Source: Heteronotia binoei
Lineage: Eukaryota
Assembly: GCF_032191835.1 (NCBI RefSeq)
Contig: NC_083233.1
Location: 57,226,001-57,290,000, forward strand
Reading direction: 5' to 3'
DNA: 64,000 nucleotides
Below are positions 47,831 to 60,536 of this stretch, one piece after another (the stretch's first letter is position 1; the number at the start of each line of letters is the position of its first letter). Under the pieces are notes generated by a model. It was given only the letters and a program-made list of their open reading frames with translations, was not told the DNA's origin and searched no databases. Made by a program: the position numbers and the translations under genes.

Positions 47831-48573
47831 GCACAGAGGATGGAACCTTTGCGAGAAATCTAAATGAGGATGGAAGGGTGGCTGTAGCCAGACCCAACAA
47901 AGTTCATCTATAGGAAATCTTATTAGTCTTCCAGGCTGCTTTATGTACAGCACCTCTACAATACTGTACCTTAATACTAGAGGTTTATTAGTGGCTTGAG
48001 GGCCAGTGTGGTGTTCTGTACTGAGTAGAATAATGGATGGACTGTGGAGATCTGGCTTTAAGTCACCCATTTGACCACAAAACACTTGGGATGACCTTGG
48101 ACTAATGGCACTCTAACCTACTTTACAGGTGTGTTTTAAGGTTCATCTGGAAGGAAAACTGTGTGGGATTTAAAAAATGTATAGGCAGAACAAGGAGAAG
48201 ATAACAGATAGCTATTGACCATGATTGCTAAATGGAGCTTCCAGGTTCAGTGGCAGTATATCTTTCAGTACCAGTTTCTAGGGGACAAACAATGGGGAAA
48301 AGCTCTTTCTGTTGTGCCTGGCTAGTATGCTTTTCAGCAGCAGCTGGGTGGGAACTGGATTCTGGGCTAGCTGAATCGTGGTCTGTACTGACACGTTCAT
48401 AATCCCTGAGACTCCAAAGTAAAGACAGCTAAGGTTTAGTACTTCCTCACTAATTACATTACTTTTCCTCCAAAGAGTTAAGGGCAGCATACCCAGTGTT
48501 TCCCTTTTTATTCTGACAGCAATCTTTAGAGGTAGGTGAGGATGAGAAAGAGCTTTGAAACCTGATCTCAGTT

Positions 48574-48733
48574 CTCAGCTTTCTGGGGGTGAAGTGTAGA
48601 TGACTGGGGAAGGCAATAGCAAACTACCTCATAAAAAGTCTGCCAAGAAAATGTCATGATGTGACTTCACCTCAAGGGTCGGTAATGACTCGGTGCTTGC
48701 ACAGGGGACTACCCTTATCTTTACCTTTACCTC
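48574..48733 (+). mobile_element. 5'-truncated Squam2/Sauria-like SINE
   Basis: Matches the 3' half of 40688-40997; CTTTACCTTTAC tail. Confidence 0.8.
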
Positions 48734-49441
48734 AGTCCAATATTGCAACCATGACAGTACACTCCCACCTTATTTTTCTATTTTGCTCTCCACATGGAGG
48801 TCTGAGATACTAAAATGGGTATTCTCTAGTGTGACAGCTGCCCATGAGTTCAGCTGGAGCAGAGACATGGCAAAACTGTGGGTTGTTTCTTATCGCTCAA
48901 GGACTCTTTTTTTTTTTTTGTATCAAGAGAACCTGGGAAGAAAATCTTTGACCTGCAGTTTCAAATTAAGCAGGGCCTGATTTGGGGCTCTGACCATCTA
49001 GCTTGGGGGTGGGATAGGCGGGAGAGGAATTTGAAGGAAAATGATGTCCTTTTCAAAGACAATCTGAAAGCACAAAATGGAAATCTTTAACTATAAAATG
49101 GGTCCAATTTGGCTTTTAATTTAGTCTGAGAATAGTAATTCCAGCAAGTGTTCCAAGGTGACCGCTGTAGAGTTTTACCACACAAATGTTTGTTTAAATA
49201 AATTTCAGTCTTAAATCCTACATAACTGTTCATTTCCTCCCACCCCGCTCCCCTCCCACTCCCCTCTGGCACATCAGATACAAACAGGCCACTAGTCATC
49301 GGCATCCTCATCTCTGCTCAGATCAGGTGACTGTTCTGGGCTCGCCACTGCTTGTGGCATGAATCACAAGTGACATTTGGCCAGAGCTGGGTGACTGTGA
49401 CCCTTTCCTTGCCCTTATTGTGCTGCCCCCCCTCCCCGCAG

Positions 49442-49549
49442 CTCATCTGTGGTGGTTCGCAGCTACCTGAGCAAACGCAACTCATCATCTGGCAGGCCCA
49501 CCACTTGCCCTGTTGCCATGGCAGCAGCTGTGGCTTCGTGGAGGCAGGC
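49442..49549 (+). other. Candidate 108-nt exon, unassigned
   Basis: Acceptor CCCCCCTCCCCGCAG, donor GGC|GTGAGT; length divisible by 3; two frames open; peptide not recognised. Confidence 0.3.
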
Positions 49550-50556
49550 GTGAGTGATGGCCCAAGCCTTTGCCCCAAGGCTCTCTCCATAAAGCTGGGG
49601 ATACGGTGGAAGGGCAGTGACGGCGGCTGTAAATCGCCCTCGGAGCTAGCGTGTGGAAATGAGGTACTGCTCTTGGTTGTCTCTGTTGGGGAGGGGAGGG
49701 TAAGCGTGCTGGCTGAGAAAATACCCTGTCTTGTCCCAGTGCTTGGTGGAGGTGCCGTCCCTGCATATCTTTGGGGTGTCCAGGTGTGCTCATGTGAATC
49801 CGGCAGTCGGTGCCACAGATGTGGCCTTGGCCTTGTATTGTTGTATAATGGGCCATTCTCTTATCTGCCAATTGTCTTCCCTTCCTTCTTATTTCCTCAT
49901 TCATCCCCCCCCCCTTCCCAATCTTTGGCTTTTTTGGCACTGGATCAGGTGTGTATGTGTGTATTCCACCTGATCCAGTACCAATATATGAAAAATTCAC
50001 TCTTGCCTTTACACTGTTTTACAGGGCTGAACAAGACCTACAGTTTCACTTTGCATTTTCAGAGGCCTCCAATTAATTTGGGGTGGCTTCATATGAGAAA
50101 TGGAGAGGGTGCTGCTTCTAGATGACATTCTCTTATATGTACTGAAGAATTTAGCATGGACTATACTGTAATTTAGCAAAAATGCAGAGAAGTTATGAAA
50201 TTCAGCCTCTTCAGAATCTGACCTTTTTTTCCCTTTTAAATGAGCTTCTAGTCTGAAGAGCTGCTGAATAAGAGTTATGGTAGCCAGAATAAGATCTTAA
50301 ATGTTCATTATTTTTTTTAAAAAAGAGTTTATAATCCTGACCCTTTCAGTTGTGGCAGAAGCGTAATCTATTATGCAAACGAGTAAAATTGCTGCATAAA
50401 TTATGCATAATAAGAAAACCATTGTGCATTTGTATAATTTATGCAGTATCTATAATCCCACTTTTCCTCTTGCAGAATTTGAGTTACCTTAATGCTGATT
50501 TATTTGTGTGTGCAGGTATATGGCATATACACTGCCTTGTACATAAGCAAGCACAA

Positions 50557-50745
50557 CAGGGTTGCCAGGTCTGTGTTGGAAAATACTTGGAGACTTTCGG
50601 GGTGGAGCTGGGAGAGGGTGGGGTTTGGGAAGGGAAGGGGCCTCAGCATGGCACACTCTTCTCTAGAAGAGGTGATCTCTGCCAGCTGGAGATCAGTTGT
50701 AAAAGCGGGAGATCTCCAGGCCCCACCTGGAGGCTGGCAACCCTA
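50557..50745. mobile_element. TAGGGTTGCC-type hAT MITE
   Basis: TSD AAGCACAA/AAGCACAG. Confidence 0.85.
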
Positions 50746-51156
50746 AAGCACAGGCTTTGGAGATCCTCAGCAGGAAGAGAACTACAGCACTAATAAAGAA
50801 CCACCCAGCAGCATGCTTCTCTTATAGGCCTTTTTTGTTCAGAAAATTTACATGGATCATATAAACTTTGGAAAGTTCTCTTGGTTAACTCAAGAATGTA
50901 ACACAAGGAGATAATCTTTAAGGAGTGTGCACATTAGTAAGGTTGACATTTTTTATCCTCACAGCAGCCCTGCAAGGTAGGTTAGATTGAGAGAAAAGGG
51001 CAGGGATGACTCCAAGGTAACCCAGTGAGCTTTATAGCTGAATGTAAATTTGAACCCGTTTTCCCACTCCTAGCCCTGCACTCTAACCATTACACCACTG
51101 TATTGTTCCTCAGAGGTCTTTCAACCCAGCATGGTAAGCTTCACATGCGCAGTAGG

Positions 51157-51240
51157 TAGGGTTGCCAATCCTCAGTTGGGCTCTCCTGACTCCACCCCCA
51201 AAGTCTTCAGATATTTCCTGAGTTGGACCTGGCAATCCTA
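51157..51240. mobile_element. 84-bp internally deleted hAT mini-element
   Basis: Perfect TSD GCAGTAGG; both TIRs present. Confidence 0.85.
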
Positions 51241-51510
51241 GCAGTAGGGCTTCCTGAAGTATTGATAGTTGGGTATGTGTGCTTTCTATGCTGCGCTGAA
51301 AGATCTCTGGGGAAGGAGTGTTATTTTGTCCAGTTCCTGGAATGGTGGTAGAATGGAGAACTGGCTACAACTAGTACACCGTGTTGAGTTGCTGGCAGGG
51401 CAAGAAGAAAGCACTATCTATCTTTGTTCCCTGCTGAGGCTTAAATCAGCCTGGGAAAGCTATTTTGGATTGAGAAACTGGCATGGGGACAAAGAAGATG
51501 GTCTCCTTCC

Positions 51511-51660
51511 CAGGACTGTCTGGCACCCTAGGCAAGGCTAACTGATGTCATCTGCACTGATGACATCACCAAGTCACATGAGGGGCCCCCAATTTGGTAC
51601 CCCTGGAAGGCCGGTGCCCTAAGCAATCACCTAGTTTGCTTAGTGGCTGGACTGGCCCTG
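51511..51660 (+). mobile_element. hAT MITE (CAGGGCCGGCCCT family)
   Basis: TSD CTCCTTCC/CTCTTTCC. Confidence 0.75.
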
Positions 51661-52226
51661 CTCTTTCCACATCCCTGGCTGGCTCTTGTTGCCAATGAAT
51701 TACTCACTGGAGAAGATGATCATGGCTTCCTAACATCACGTAAGAGTTTGGCCCTTGGGAGACCTGGTCACCCTAATTACAGGAGGGCAGTATAGGCCAT
51801 CATACATTAGTAGAGCATGTTCCCATCAGGACAGGCCTCCCTCTATGTGCCAAATTTTCTTACCAAGTCCAAAATGCAGTACCCAGCAATGAGCTGTGTT
51901 TCTTCTGCAGCGACAGTTTTGTTCTTCTTGAAGCAGGGATGCATATGAGCTGTGTCAGTGCCACAGTCACGCAACTGGACACAATCCATCCACTTCTGTA
52001 CTTCTGGGAGCCATCAGGCCCCATTCTGATGTCAGCCTCATGATCCACGGACAATGAATGCATGGAATTCCCTCTCCAATGATTTCCCAGGGGTTGGAAT
52101 GCACAATAGAACTTAGCCCTAACGCGGTGAAGCAATGCACCCATCTCTGGGAACTGTTTTGTTGGGATGAGGTTTTTTTGGGGAAAAAAATCCCTGATCT
52201 GAAGGCAGGGAATAGAAACAGGAGTT

Positions 52227-52242
52227 GTGCCCTCTGGTGGCA
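52227..52242 (-). promoter_or_regulatory. CTCF-like binding site
   Basis: Minus strand TGCCACCAGAGGGCAC matches the CCASYAGRKGGCR core. Confidence 0.55.
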
Positions 52243-53377
52243 AGAGTTCTGTGGGATAGACGTCCTTCCCTGACTTGTAGTGATTCTATATTCTTATGCT
52301 AACACTCTAGCCCTGTCACTTAAGCCGGCTCAAAATCATTGATTCTTCCTGTTGCCAAAGGGAACTGCACAGAGAAGGTTGAAGACTCAGACACAACCAT
52401 CCAAGCTCACATATGCAGCGCTTTTCTTTTTTTTAAAAAAAGGACTTAATAGCTCCGGTATTGTTTGACATTTGGGTTTTACTCACTGTAAAAAGCAGTG
52501 CTAATTAGTTCTGGGTTTCTCTGGAGTGGCAGCAAAGCCCATGCTTTTATGAAGTGCTGAGGATGTCCGTGGTCAAGTCCTTTCTGCTGTTGAATATACG
52601 GCTGTTATGATTTCCTCCTCTCTGAGCCTCATGTTAAACTTGTAGATCGGTATTTCCACAAACCATGTGCCAGTAAGATGGAAAGTAATCAAATGATGAG
52701 TCCCAAGTAGCTATCTCTAGGGGTGCAGTCACACAAACTAAATAATGCACTTTCAATCCACTTTCCAACTGGATTTTGCTGTATGAAACAGTTTCTGAAG
52801 CGGAATGAAACTGCATGATTTAGCATGTGTGACAGGCTGCACCAAGAAGGGAGTTTGCTTGCTGTGTCTTTGTATGAGTTTCTTCTCTGGATTGACCTCT
52901 AAGAACCTGGAAGCGCACTCAGAGCAGTGATTCATGCAGGGACACAAGGGGTTTACTCCCCCTGAGCAAGGATTCTTAATCAATCAAAACATTTTAGGGT
53001 GAATAATGATTTTTTTCCAATTTGAAAAAAAGGATGCCAGTTATTTAGGGAAAAAATTATTTTGATTGTAATCTCATTGGGGCAGGGAGATGGTTTTTTT
53101 GGGAGTGCTTATGATAGTAGGTAAAGCTCTGGAAATGTTGGCAGCATGACATAGTAAAATACAACACTAGAACTTGAGATTGCCTAATAAAGCTGATGGA
53201 GTAGTTTTAGGACTGATTAAACATAGTTCCTTGTCACACAATACGTATTTAATTTACATGAGTTGCTGTCCCTTACTTAAGTGACTTTGAAATAAGAATG
53301 AAAGAAAATCAGATTCTATCAATGGTTACTAGCCACAGGAGATAAAATTTTTAAAATTTATTTTATTTACATAGTCC

Positions 53378-53585
53378 CTTGGGGAGGGGCTATAACTCAA
53401 TGTTAGAGCATTTACTTTGCATGTTGAAGGTTCCAGGTTCAATTTTTGGTTAAAATGATCAAATACTAGGTAATCTGAAAGATCTCTGCCTGAGACCTGG
53501 GAGGGCCACTGTAAATTCAGGATAGACAGTGTTGACTTTGATGGACCAATGGTTTGGTTCACTAGAAGGCAATTTCATGAGTTCA
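53378..53585 (+). mobile_element. tRNA-derived SINE with CR1-like tail
   Basis: A box TAACTCAATG, B box GGTTCAAT; tail resembles 5724-5921. Confidence 0.6.
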
Positions 53586-53701
53586 ATATATCCCTAAGTA
53601 CGAGCTGCTGGTATCAAATTGAAAGACAAATAGTAGGTGGACAAAGGATTTTTGCCTTCACAAACTGCTTATAGGGTTCATAGAAGCATTTTGTTTTATA
53701 C

Positions 53702-54007
53702 CAGGGGTAGCCAAACTTGCTTAATATAAGAGCCACATAGAATAAATGTCAGCTGTTTGAGAGCCACAAGACATGAATAACAGATGTTTAAGAGCTGCAA
53801 GGAAGGAAAATAAATGGGGGAGAGAGGTGGAAAGCAAGCAACTTTAAATGCATTCTTCAAGCCTTTGGTTGGCTTGGCTTAGAGAAGTAATTTAAAGAGA
53901 CAAATAGCTTCTCCAAGTCAGCCAACAGGACAGTGGGGGCTTTGAGAGCTACACAATATTTTGAAAGAGCCACATGTGGCTCCTGAGCCACAGTTTGGCC
54001 ACCCCTG
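53702..54007. mobile_element. hAT/Charlie-like non-autonomous element
   Basis: CAGGGGTAGCCAAAC / TTTGGCCACCCCTG; perfect TSD TTTTATAC. Confidence 0.9.
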
Positions 54008-54037
54008 TTTTATACTAAAGTTAGGGAGCCTCTAGTT

Positions 54038-54176
54038 CAGGGGTGGCCAATGGTAGCTCTCCAGATGTTTTTTTTGCCTACAACTCCCATCAGCCCCAGC
54101 CAGCATGGCCAATTCCTGGGGTTGATGGGAGTTGTAGGCAAAAAAACATCTGGAGAGCTACTGCTGGCCACCCCTG
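54038..54176. mobile_element. Palindromic hAT MITE
   Basis: CAGGGGTGGCCA / TGGCCACCCCTG; perfect TSD CTCTAGTT. Confidence 0.92.
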
Positions 54177-55631
54177 CTCTAGTTCATATCACTATCTACC
54201 ATGAATCTTTCTGGGTAGTAATCTTGGTCCAGTCACTATCTCAGAGAGAATAAGAGGGAGGGGGAAGAGTCATGTATGCTGCTCTGAACTCCCTTGAAAA
54301 AGGGTGGGGAAAATCTTTTAGATAAAATAACTTTGCTCAGTCATTGGTAGAAACTAGATAGATCTTTGTTTGATCCAGGATACTTCTGATGTTCTTTACA
54401 ACTGAGAACATGGTTGACTTTTGATTTGATTCCGGTGATGCTACCGTATCATGTGCTCTCTGACCATTTATTGGGTCCAAGATTCATGTAATATGGATGG
54501 GCCAAAATCACATGTAAGTGCTCTGCCAGTCAATCTTGGGGTCCTCTAATAGGCTGCAATTATGCCCCCCTTACCTGTTCCACTGGGACATCATCTTCAG
54601 TGCACCCCTCCCCCCTGCAAAAAAAGGGTTAAATTAGCTCTAAACTCCATGATACATGTGGGAGAAAAGTTTTTCTTTTTGTAAACATAAGATTGGCACC
54701 CACATTCGTGCCTCTCTGTTCTGCTCAGTCCTTGCTTCTCAGTCTGTTATAAGAGCTTCAAGGGTCATGGCTGAATTTTCTCACAACATCTCCTGGATTG
54801 CCTCCATTCAGTTATCTCCCCGCTATGAGGGTTGAAATATCCTATAGAAATTACCTTCCTAATCTAGAGGCCTTAAGCTGCCTGGGCAAACCCATGCAAA
54901 TCTTAGTGCCTGCCCCACCCCCACTTTAAAAAAAAAAGAAAAAAAGGAAGAGGACAAATCTTTCAGGAAGAAAAATCCCTCACTGGTACACAAGGCGGAG
55001 GTGAGAATGAGATGCAGCTGTCTTGTCGGGCCCAGTGAGAGCTGCTGATTTCATGCTTCTGGATGCAGTAACTGGATTCTCAAACATCCACATGGATACC
55101 CATACCACTCCACTCCCTGTCCAGTTTTATACCCCTTTATGGCTCAAAGTCAAGCTTGCAGACATGTGGCCTCTTTACCATGTTCTGACCATAAGGCTTG
55201 AAGTCAATGTCTGCCAAATAGGGAGGACGCTCTTCCCTGTTTTGCTGGGAGCCAAAACAAAGCGCTGATTGCTGGAGATATCATCTTAGCAGCAGCCACG
55301 TGGGATGGGAAGGCAGGCTTCCATGGTGAAGCCACTCAACAGGAAAATAAGCAAATTATACAAATTTGTGGTGAAAATGTATGAAGAACAAAACAAGCTT
55401 AAGACAAGGGGCTGGACAGGATATTTCATCATGTGTGGTCATGTGCAATATTAAAAATAGGTTATTTGCCCTTCTGGAAATAGGAAGCATGGGTATCAAG
55501 AGTGCCCCTCCCCCCAGAAAAAAAAGAGTGGCCCAGATTCAGCTGGGAGCCTCCTGGCCTGTGTCCTTGTGTCTCTTCTGTTATGCATCTCACAACCCAA
55601 GAATGGGGGAAGAGTAGGATAATTTTAAGGC

Positions 55632-55830
55632 AAGGAACTATAGCTCAGAGTTGGAGCACTCACGCTTTGCATGTAGATGGTTCCAGGTCGCTGGCATCTC
55701 CAATTGAAAACATTTCAGGTAGAAGGCACTGAGAAATACCCAGAAGCCCTGGAATATTGCTGGGAATCTGAGTAGCTGAGGTAGGTGGACTAATAGTCTG
55801 ACCTGGAATAAGGCAACTTCATACATTCAG
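55632..55830 (+). mobile_element. tRNA-derived SINE with CR1-like tail
   Basis: TAGCTCAG head; tail GGACTAATAGTCTGACCTGGAATAAGGCAACTTCAT. Confidence 0.55.
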
Positions 55831-55972
55831 CCAGACTCCAAATGGCTACACTTCTTGTCTGCTGGCTCCTCCTGACCAAATTTTGATTTGGGGCTTGTGT
55901 GGCTTCACAGCCTCATTCCAGGTACTTTTGTCTGTCAGCCTGCCTACGTTTTCTTGCTTGTCTTTTCTAGGG

Positions 55973-56237
55973 AGCCAGTTTGGTGCAGTGGTTAAGTGCG
56001 TGGACTGGGAGAACCGGGTTTGATTCCCCACTCCTCCACATGCACCTGCTGGAATGGCCTTGGGTTAGCCATAGCTCTTATAGTTGTTGTCCTTGAAAGA
56101 GCAGCTGCTGTAAAAGCTTTCTCAGCCCCACCCACCTCACAGGGTGTCTGTTGTGGGGGAAGGAGATTGTAAGCCGCTCTGAGACTCTGATTCAGAGAGA
56201 AGGGTGGTGTATAAATCTGCAATCTTCTTCTTCTTCT
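55973..56237 (+). mobile_element. Squam3-like SINE
   Basis: A box 55981-55991, B box 56017-56027, (TTC)n tail. Confidence 0.92.
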
Positions 56238-57212
56238 CTACTTTCCTATCCTCCTTGATTTAGACTCTTCCTGGGTTAAGTTCTCAATCATGATCATGGC
56301 ATGCAACACACTCCCTGTGGATCTGCCCTGCATACCATCTGACTCTGCTATCTGCTGGGTTTCTTGTGTGGCTGCCTGCAGGCCAGCACTGACAATGGGG
56401 AATGCAGACAGTTGCAGGGATGGGGTGTATGAGAAAGAAGTAACACAGAGAAACCAGGTAGCAAAGGAACGTTTTATATTAATATCCCAAAGTGCTCCTC
56501 AGTAATATAATTAAAAAATAAGGAATATACATTATTTTGAAATCTTTACAAAGTTAATCTGATGCTTCCTGATAAAATTAATTTTGCCAGCTGGTGTAAA
56601 ACAGACAAGGCGGCATTCCCCAAGGTAGACAGGTGCCAGGCAAAAAGTGACACTGGTTCCTCTTCAAGCCATCTCAGATTCCGCCCAGGAGAGAGAAAGA
56701 CCCTAAGTCAGCAAGTAATGCTGTTTTAAAGTGTTGATCTTTGGGGGATTCAAGGTGAGGATCCACTTAAAGCAGGAAGATGAAGGCAAACCATTACCTT
56801 GACTCCAGTTCTGTTGGGGGGGAAAAGAATCAGATGGTTATAACTGCTCTTAAATCTACCCAGAGGAGAAAATGTTACACAGCATGGGTTGCCCATCAGG
56901 AAATGACATGAAGAAGCAGGCACACTTATGACAAGGGACCCAAACTCTGCCAATGAAAAAGGACAGAGATAGAGAGAGGGAGAGAGGGAGGTACTTCTCT
57001 ACATCCAGGAATACATACAAAGGTGCCCATACAAGGAACCCAAGCATGACATGATAGCAAGATTGTGTGTGTGGGGGGGCGGATTTGATGCCTAGGATGG
57101 CATCCAACTCAGTCTCCTCTCCTTTCAAGGAATGAAAATTTGGGGTGGGGGTGGGGGAGAAAGCAAGGAAGGAGAACGCAAACCCATCTGGGTGATGCAT
57201 CGCACTGAAAAC

Positions 57213-57352
57213 NNNNNNNNNNNNNNNNNNNNNNNNNNNNNNNNNNNNNNNNNNNNNNNNNNNNNNNNNNNNNNNNNNNNNNNNNNNNNNNNNNNNNNNN
57301 NNNNNNNNNNNNNNNNNNNNNNNNNNNNNNNNNNNNNNNNNNNNNNNNNNNN
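57213..57352. other. Assembly gap (140 N)
   Basis: Run of n. Confidence 1.
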
Positions 57353-57772
57353 TGTAAGTGTCAATCACGCTCAGCCAGCAGAGAGAAGGCAAAGCTCTAG
57401 CGGCTGAATTCTAACTAAGTCCAATGCTCTCAGCCTCCAGCCACCCTGACTCCTCTCCTCCCTCCCCCTTCCATAATAACCTCATATGCTTGCATGCAAA
57501 TGCAGTGACTTCTTCTCAGCTTTGTTCATTTATTTATAGACTGCCCCCATCCTGAAGGCCCAGGGTGAGCAAACTTTTGAGGGGGAAAAAAACACATACA
57601 TACATGTAGATTTGGTTTTCCCATCTCAAAGGAATCAAAGAACTAGAAAAAGGAGATAGAAGGACTACTGACTGGATCAAGTAATAGCACTGGATCAAAT
57701 ACTGGAGCATCCAAATTAGGATGAAAGGCTAAAGTATATTTTAGTTTAAGAACCAAAAGACTGGGGTAGCCC

Positions 57773-58314
57773 CAGGGCTGGCTCTAGGCTTTTTGGCACC
57801 CTATGTGAGGCCCCCCCACCACATCCCACTGGCCTCTGCTGATAGCCCCCTGCCTCAGACTTCCTGCCCCATCACCCCACCTGCCTGTGACCTTCCTCCT
57901 CCTCCCATGGGCAAAGCCAAGCCAGGGCCTCTCTGCTGCTGCCCCCCTCTGGCAGGGGAGAGCCGCTGATACCACATTCTTCCTTTCTAAGGCAAGCAGC
58001 AGGAGGAGCTGCTGTTCTGGCTCCCTCAACCCTCTCCAGCGCCTGCATCCTCCTGCCCGTGGATGAGGGAGAGATAGGTTCCCTGCTCTTCACACCCAGG
58101 AAAAATCTTGGTGTATTGGATGGAGCCTGCTGTGAGGCCAAGCGAGTAGTGCCAGGGGTTGCCTGGCTGCTTTCCTCGATGACACACCATTCCTCCTCCT
58201 TGCGAGGCTGCCTGTGTACTACTGCAGACTGGGTGGCTGTGCGCCTCTTGAGGAGGGGGCATCTGACCAGGGAGCCTAATAGCCTAAGGTCGCCTAGCAG
58301 GCACACTGGCCCTG
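57773..58314. mobile_element. 542-bp non-autonomous hAT (CAGGGCCGGCCCT-like termini) with a unique interior
   Basis: Perfect TSD GGTAGCCC (57765-57772, 58315-58322). Confidence 0.85.
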
Positions 58315-59347
58315 GGTAGCCCTAAGGTTGGGTGGGGGAACTTACAGAATTTTGGAGTGCATTGCATTGGCAGACAGAGAGATTTTGTTTCCCCCTCTCC
58401 TGGAGATATCTGGTCAAAGTGAATAGCTACTGCTTTAAGACAGCCCAAAGTCATACAATATATGATTCACTTATGAAACATACTGTCAGAACAAGTGATA
58501 ATGGTTTAGGTTGCTTTGAAAGGCAAATGTATAATTGATCAGCCGTGATAACTACATTGAAACTCCATGTTCTGGAAGAGTGTGCCTCCAAATACCAGAC
58601 AGCAGAGGAAAGGCGCTGTTGCCTTCATGCATTGATCATCAGGCTTCCTAGAGGTATCTGGCCAGGTAGAAATAGAAATCTGATGGATATTTGGTGAGAT
58701 CCAATGGTACAGCTAGATCTAAACCCAGCAAAATTTGGGGCGGTCTTTTGTCTTGGAACAAAATTCAAGCATGAGTGAATGTAAGACATCTATTTGACAC
58801 TTCAATTCTAGTGCATGAAAATGCTCGTTTTAGTTTTCTTATTTCAATATATAATCTTTATTGATTCAAGGAAACAAAACCTCAAACCCTTACCTCTGCT
58901 GGTTTAAACTTTGATCCCTGAAACCTAACCCAGAAAAGGATGCCTTCTACCATTTCCAAAAGATGATCACGGATGGGGGTGGAGAGCTCCCCAAATGACA
59001 TTCAGACTGTCCTGGGGTTGTTTTGAGGTGCTCAGGAGCACTTTTACTTATCTCAAAGAGCATGATGGGACATTAAGGGAGAAGGCACTTAGTTATCCCT
59101 TGAAATAACAGTTCAAGGGGGTTCCTTCTAGACTAAATGCCAGTGTCCCCACCTGGAATTTCACAGGGAATTCATGGGAAAAGTAGGGACAGCAGAACAA
59201 GCCAGCATACAAATCTTAAAAATGAATGCTGCTTGACCCAGCAGGTGAATCCCCCCCCCACCCTCTATCCTCACGGGTCTGTCTTTATCTGTGGTTCTAC
59301 GGGGGGGGGGGGGGCTGCCCTTCTTTCCCCTCTTGACCTCAGCTGGG

Positions 59348-60062
59348 AGGGAAGGGCACAAACTGGTTCGTGAACTAAAGTTTATGACAAATTTTGGTCG
59401 GTTTGTGGTTCATGAACTGAAGTTTGTGTCAGGTCTAACAGCAAGAACTTTCCAGCAGTTTTTGAATAGATACACTTCCAGACAGATTGTCTCTGCTCAA
59501 TCAAAATGTTTACCAAACTTCAAAAGCAGGGTGAAGGTCCCTGTGTGCTTGGTGTCTGTGGCTTGCAGGGGGTCCATTCTGTACACTTTTGAACCTGTGC
59601 CTGACATTTCCCCCATAAGTACTTTCCTGGAGGCATCTTCTTTGGGAGGCCATAACTCAGATCTCTGAAGTCCAATCTGCACATAACTTGGAAGGCATGA
59701 ACAGAAACATCAGGTGGCCTCCTCCGGTGAGTTTGATGTCTCTAGCTTGCACAGGATCCATTCCATATACTCCTGAACCTGTGCCTTTCATTTCCCCAGA
59801 AAGCAGTTTTCTCGGAGTATCTTCTTTCAGGAACCATAACTTGGGCCTCGTATATCCAATCCTCACTAAACATGGAAGGCAGGTAGAGGAGTGCCAGCCA
59901 GAAATCCCCTGCAAGTTTGGTGTCTCTAGCATGCTGGTGTGTGTTCTACCATATTGCAAACCTCACGGGTTTCTTTTGCTGCCTAAAAGTGGCTCACAAA
60001 CCAGGCAACCACGAACCACAAACTGAAATGAACCACATTTTCCTGGTTCATGCCTATCTCTA
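59348..60062. mobile_element. Old non-autonomous DNA transposon with an internal ~190-bp tandem unit
   Basis: Termini approx. AGGGAAGGGCACAAAC / GGTTCATGCCTATCTCTA; two internal units at ~59540-59930. Confidence 0.6.
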
Positions 60063-60370
60063 TCAATGAGAAGGCTTGCTGAATCTTCAACTATCCATGT
60101 TTTCCTCCCCCCCCCCACCCCGCAGATCCAGACAGTTCCTTTCCAATACTGGAAACTTTCTGGAAGGATGCAACCAACACACCTTTGAAGGTCAACACCA
60201 GCAGCCTGTATGTGAACACTCAGGAGTATTCATATGGCAGCTTTGGGTAATCAGTATGCTGGACTGGACTCAATTTGGTTTGATCTAACCATGCCAATCT
60301 TTATGGAATTCAAAGGATCTAGATCAGAAATTTGCCCATAATTTTGTGGACGCTGGAATAATGCCATGCT

Positions 60371-60536
60371 CGGGGTGGAATTCTAGCAGGAGCTCCTTTG
60401 CATATTAGGCCACACACCCCTGATGTAGCCAATCCTCCAGGAGATTACAAGGCTCTTTTTTGTAAGCTCTTGGAGGATTGGCTACATCAGGGGGTCTGTG
60501 GCCTAATATGCAAAGGAGCTTTTGCTAGAATCCCTG
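60371..60536. mobile_element. Palindromic hAT MITE
   Basis: Fold-back arms matching 14794-14971. Confidence 0.8.

Noticed and set aside
55973-56035. tRNA-like sequence, and similar heads elsewhere
   Set aside because: These are SINE heads continuing into SINE bodies, without a complete cloverleaf or terminator.
60280-60293. 14-nt identity to the 3' part of miR-218
   Set aside because: The seed is absent, there is no hairpin, and the context is a decayed CR1/LF-SINE-like tail.
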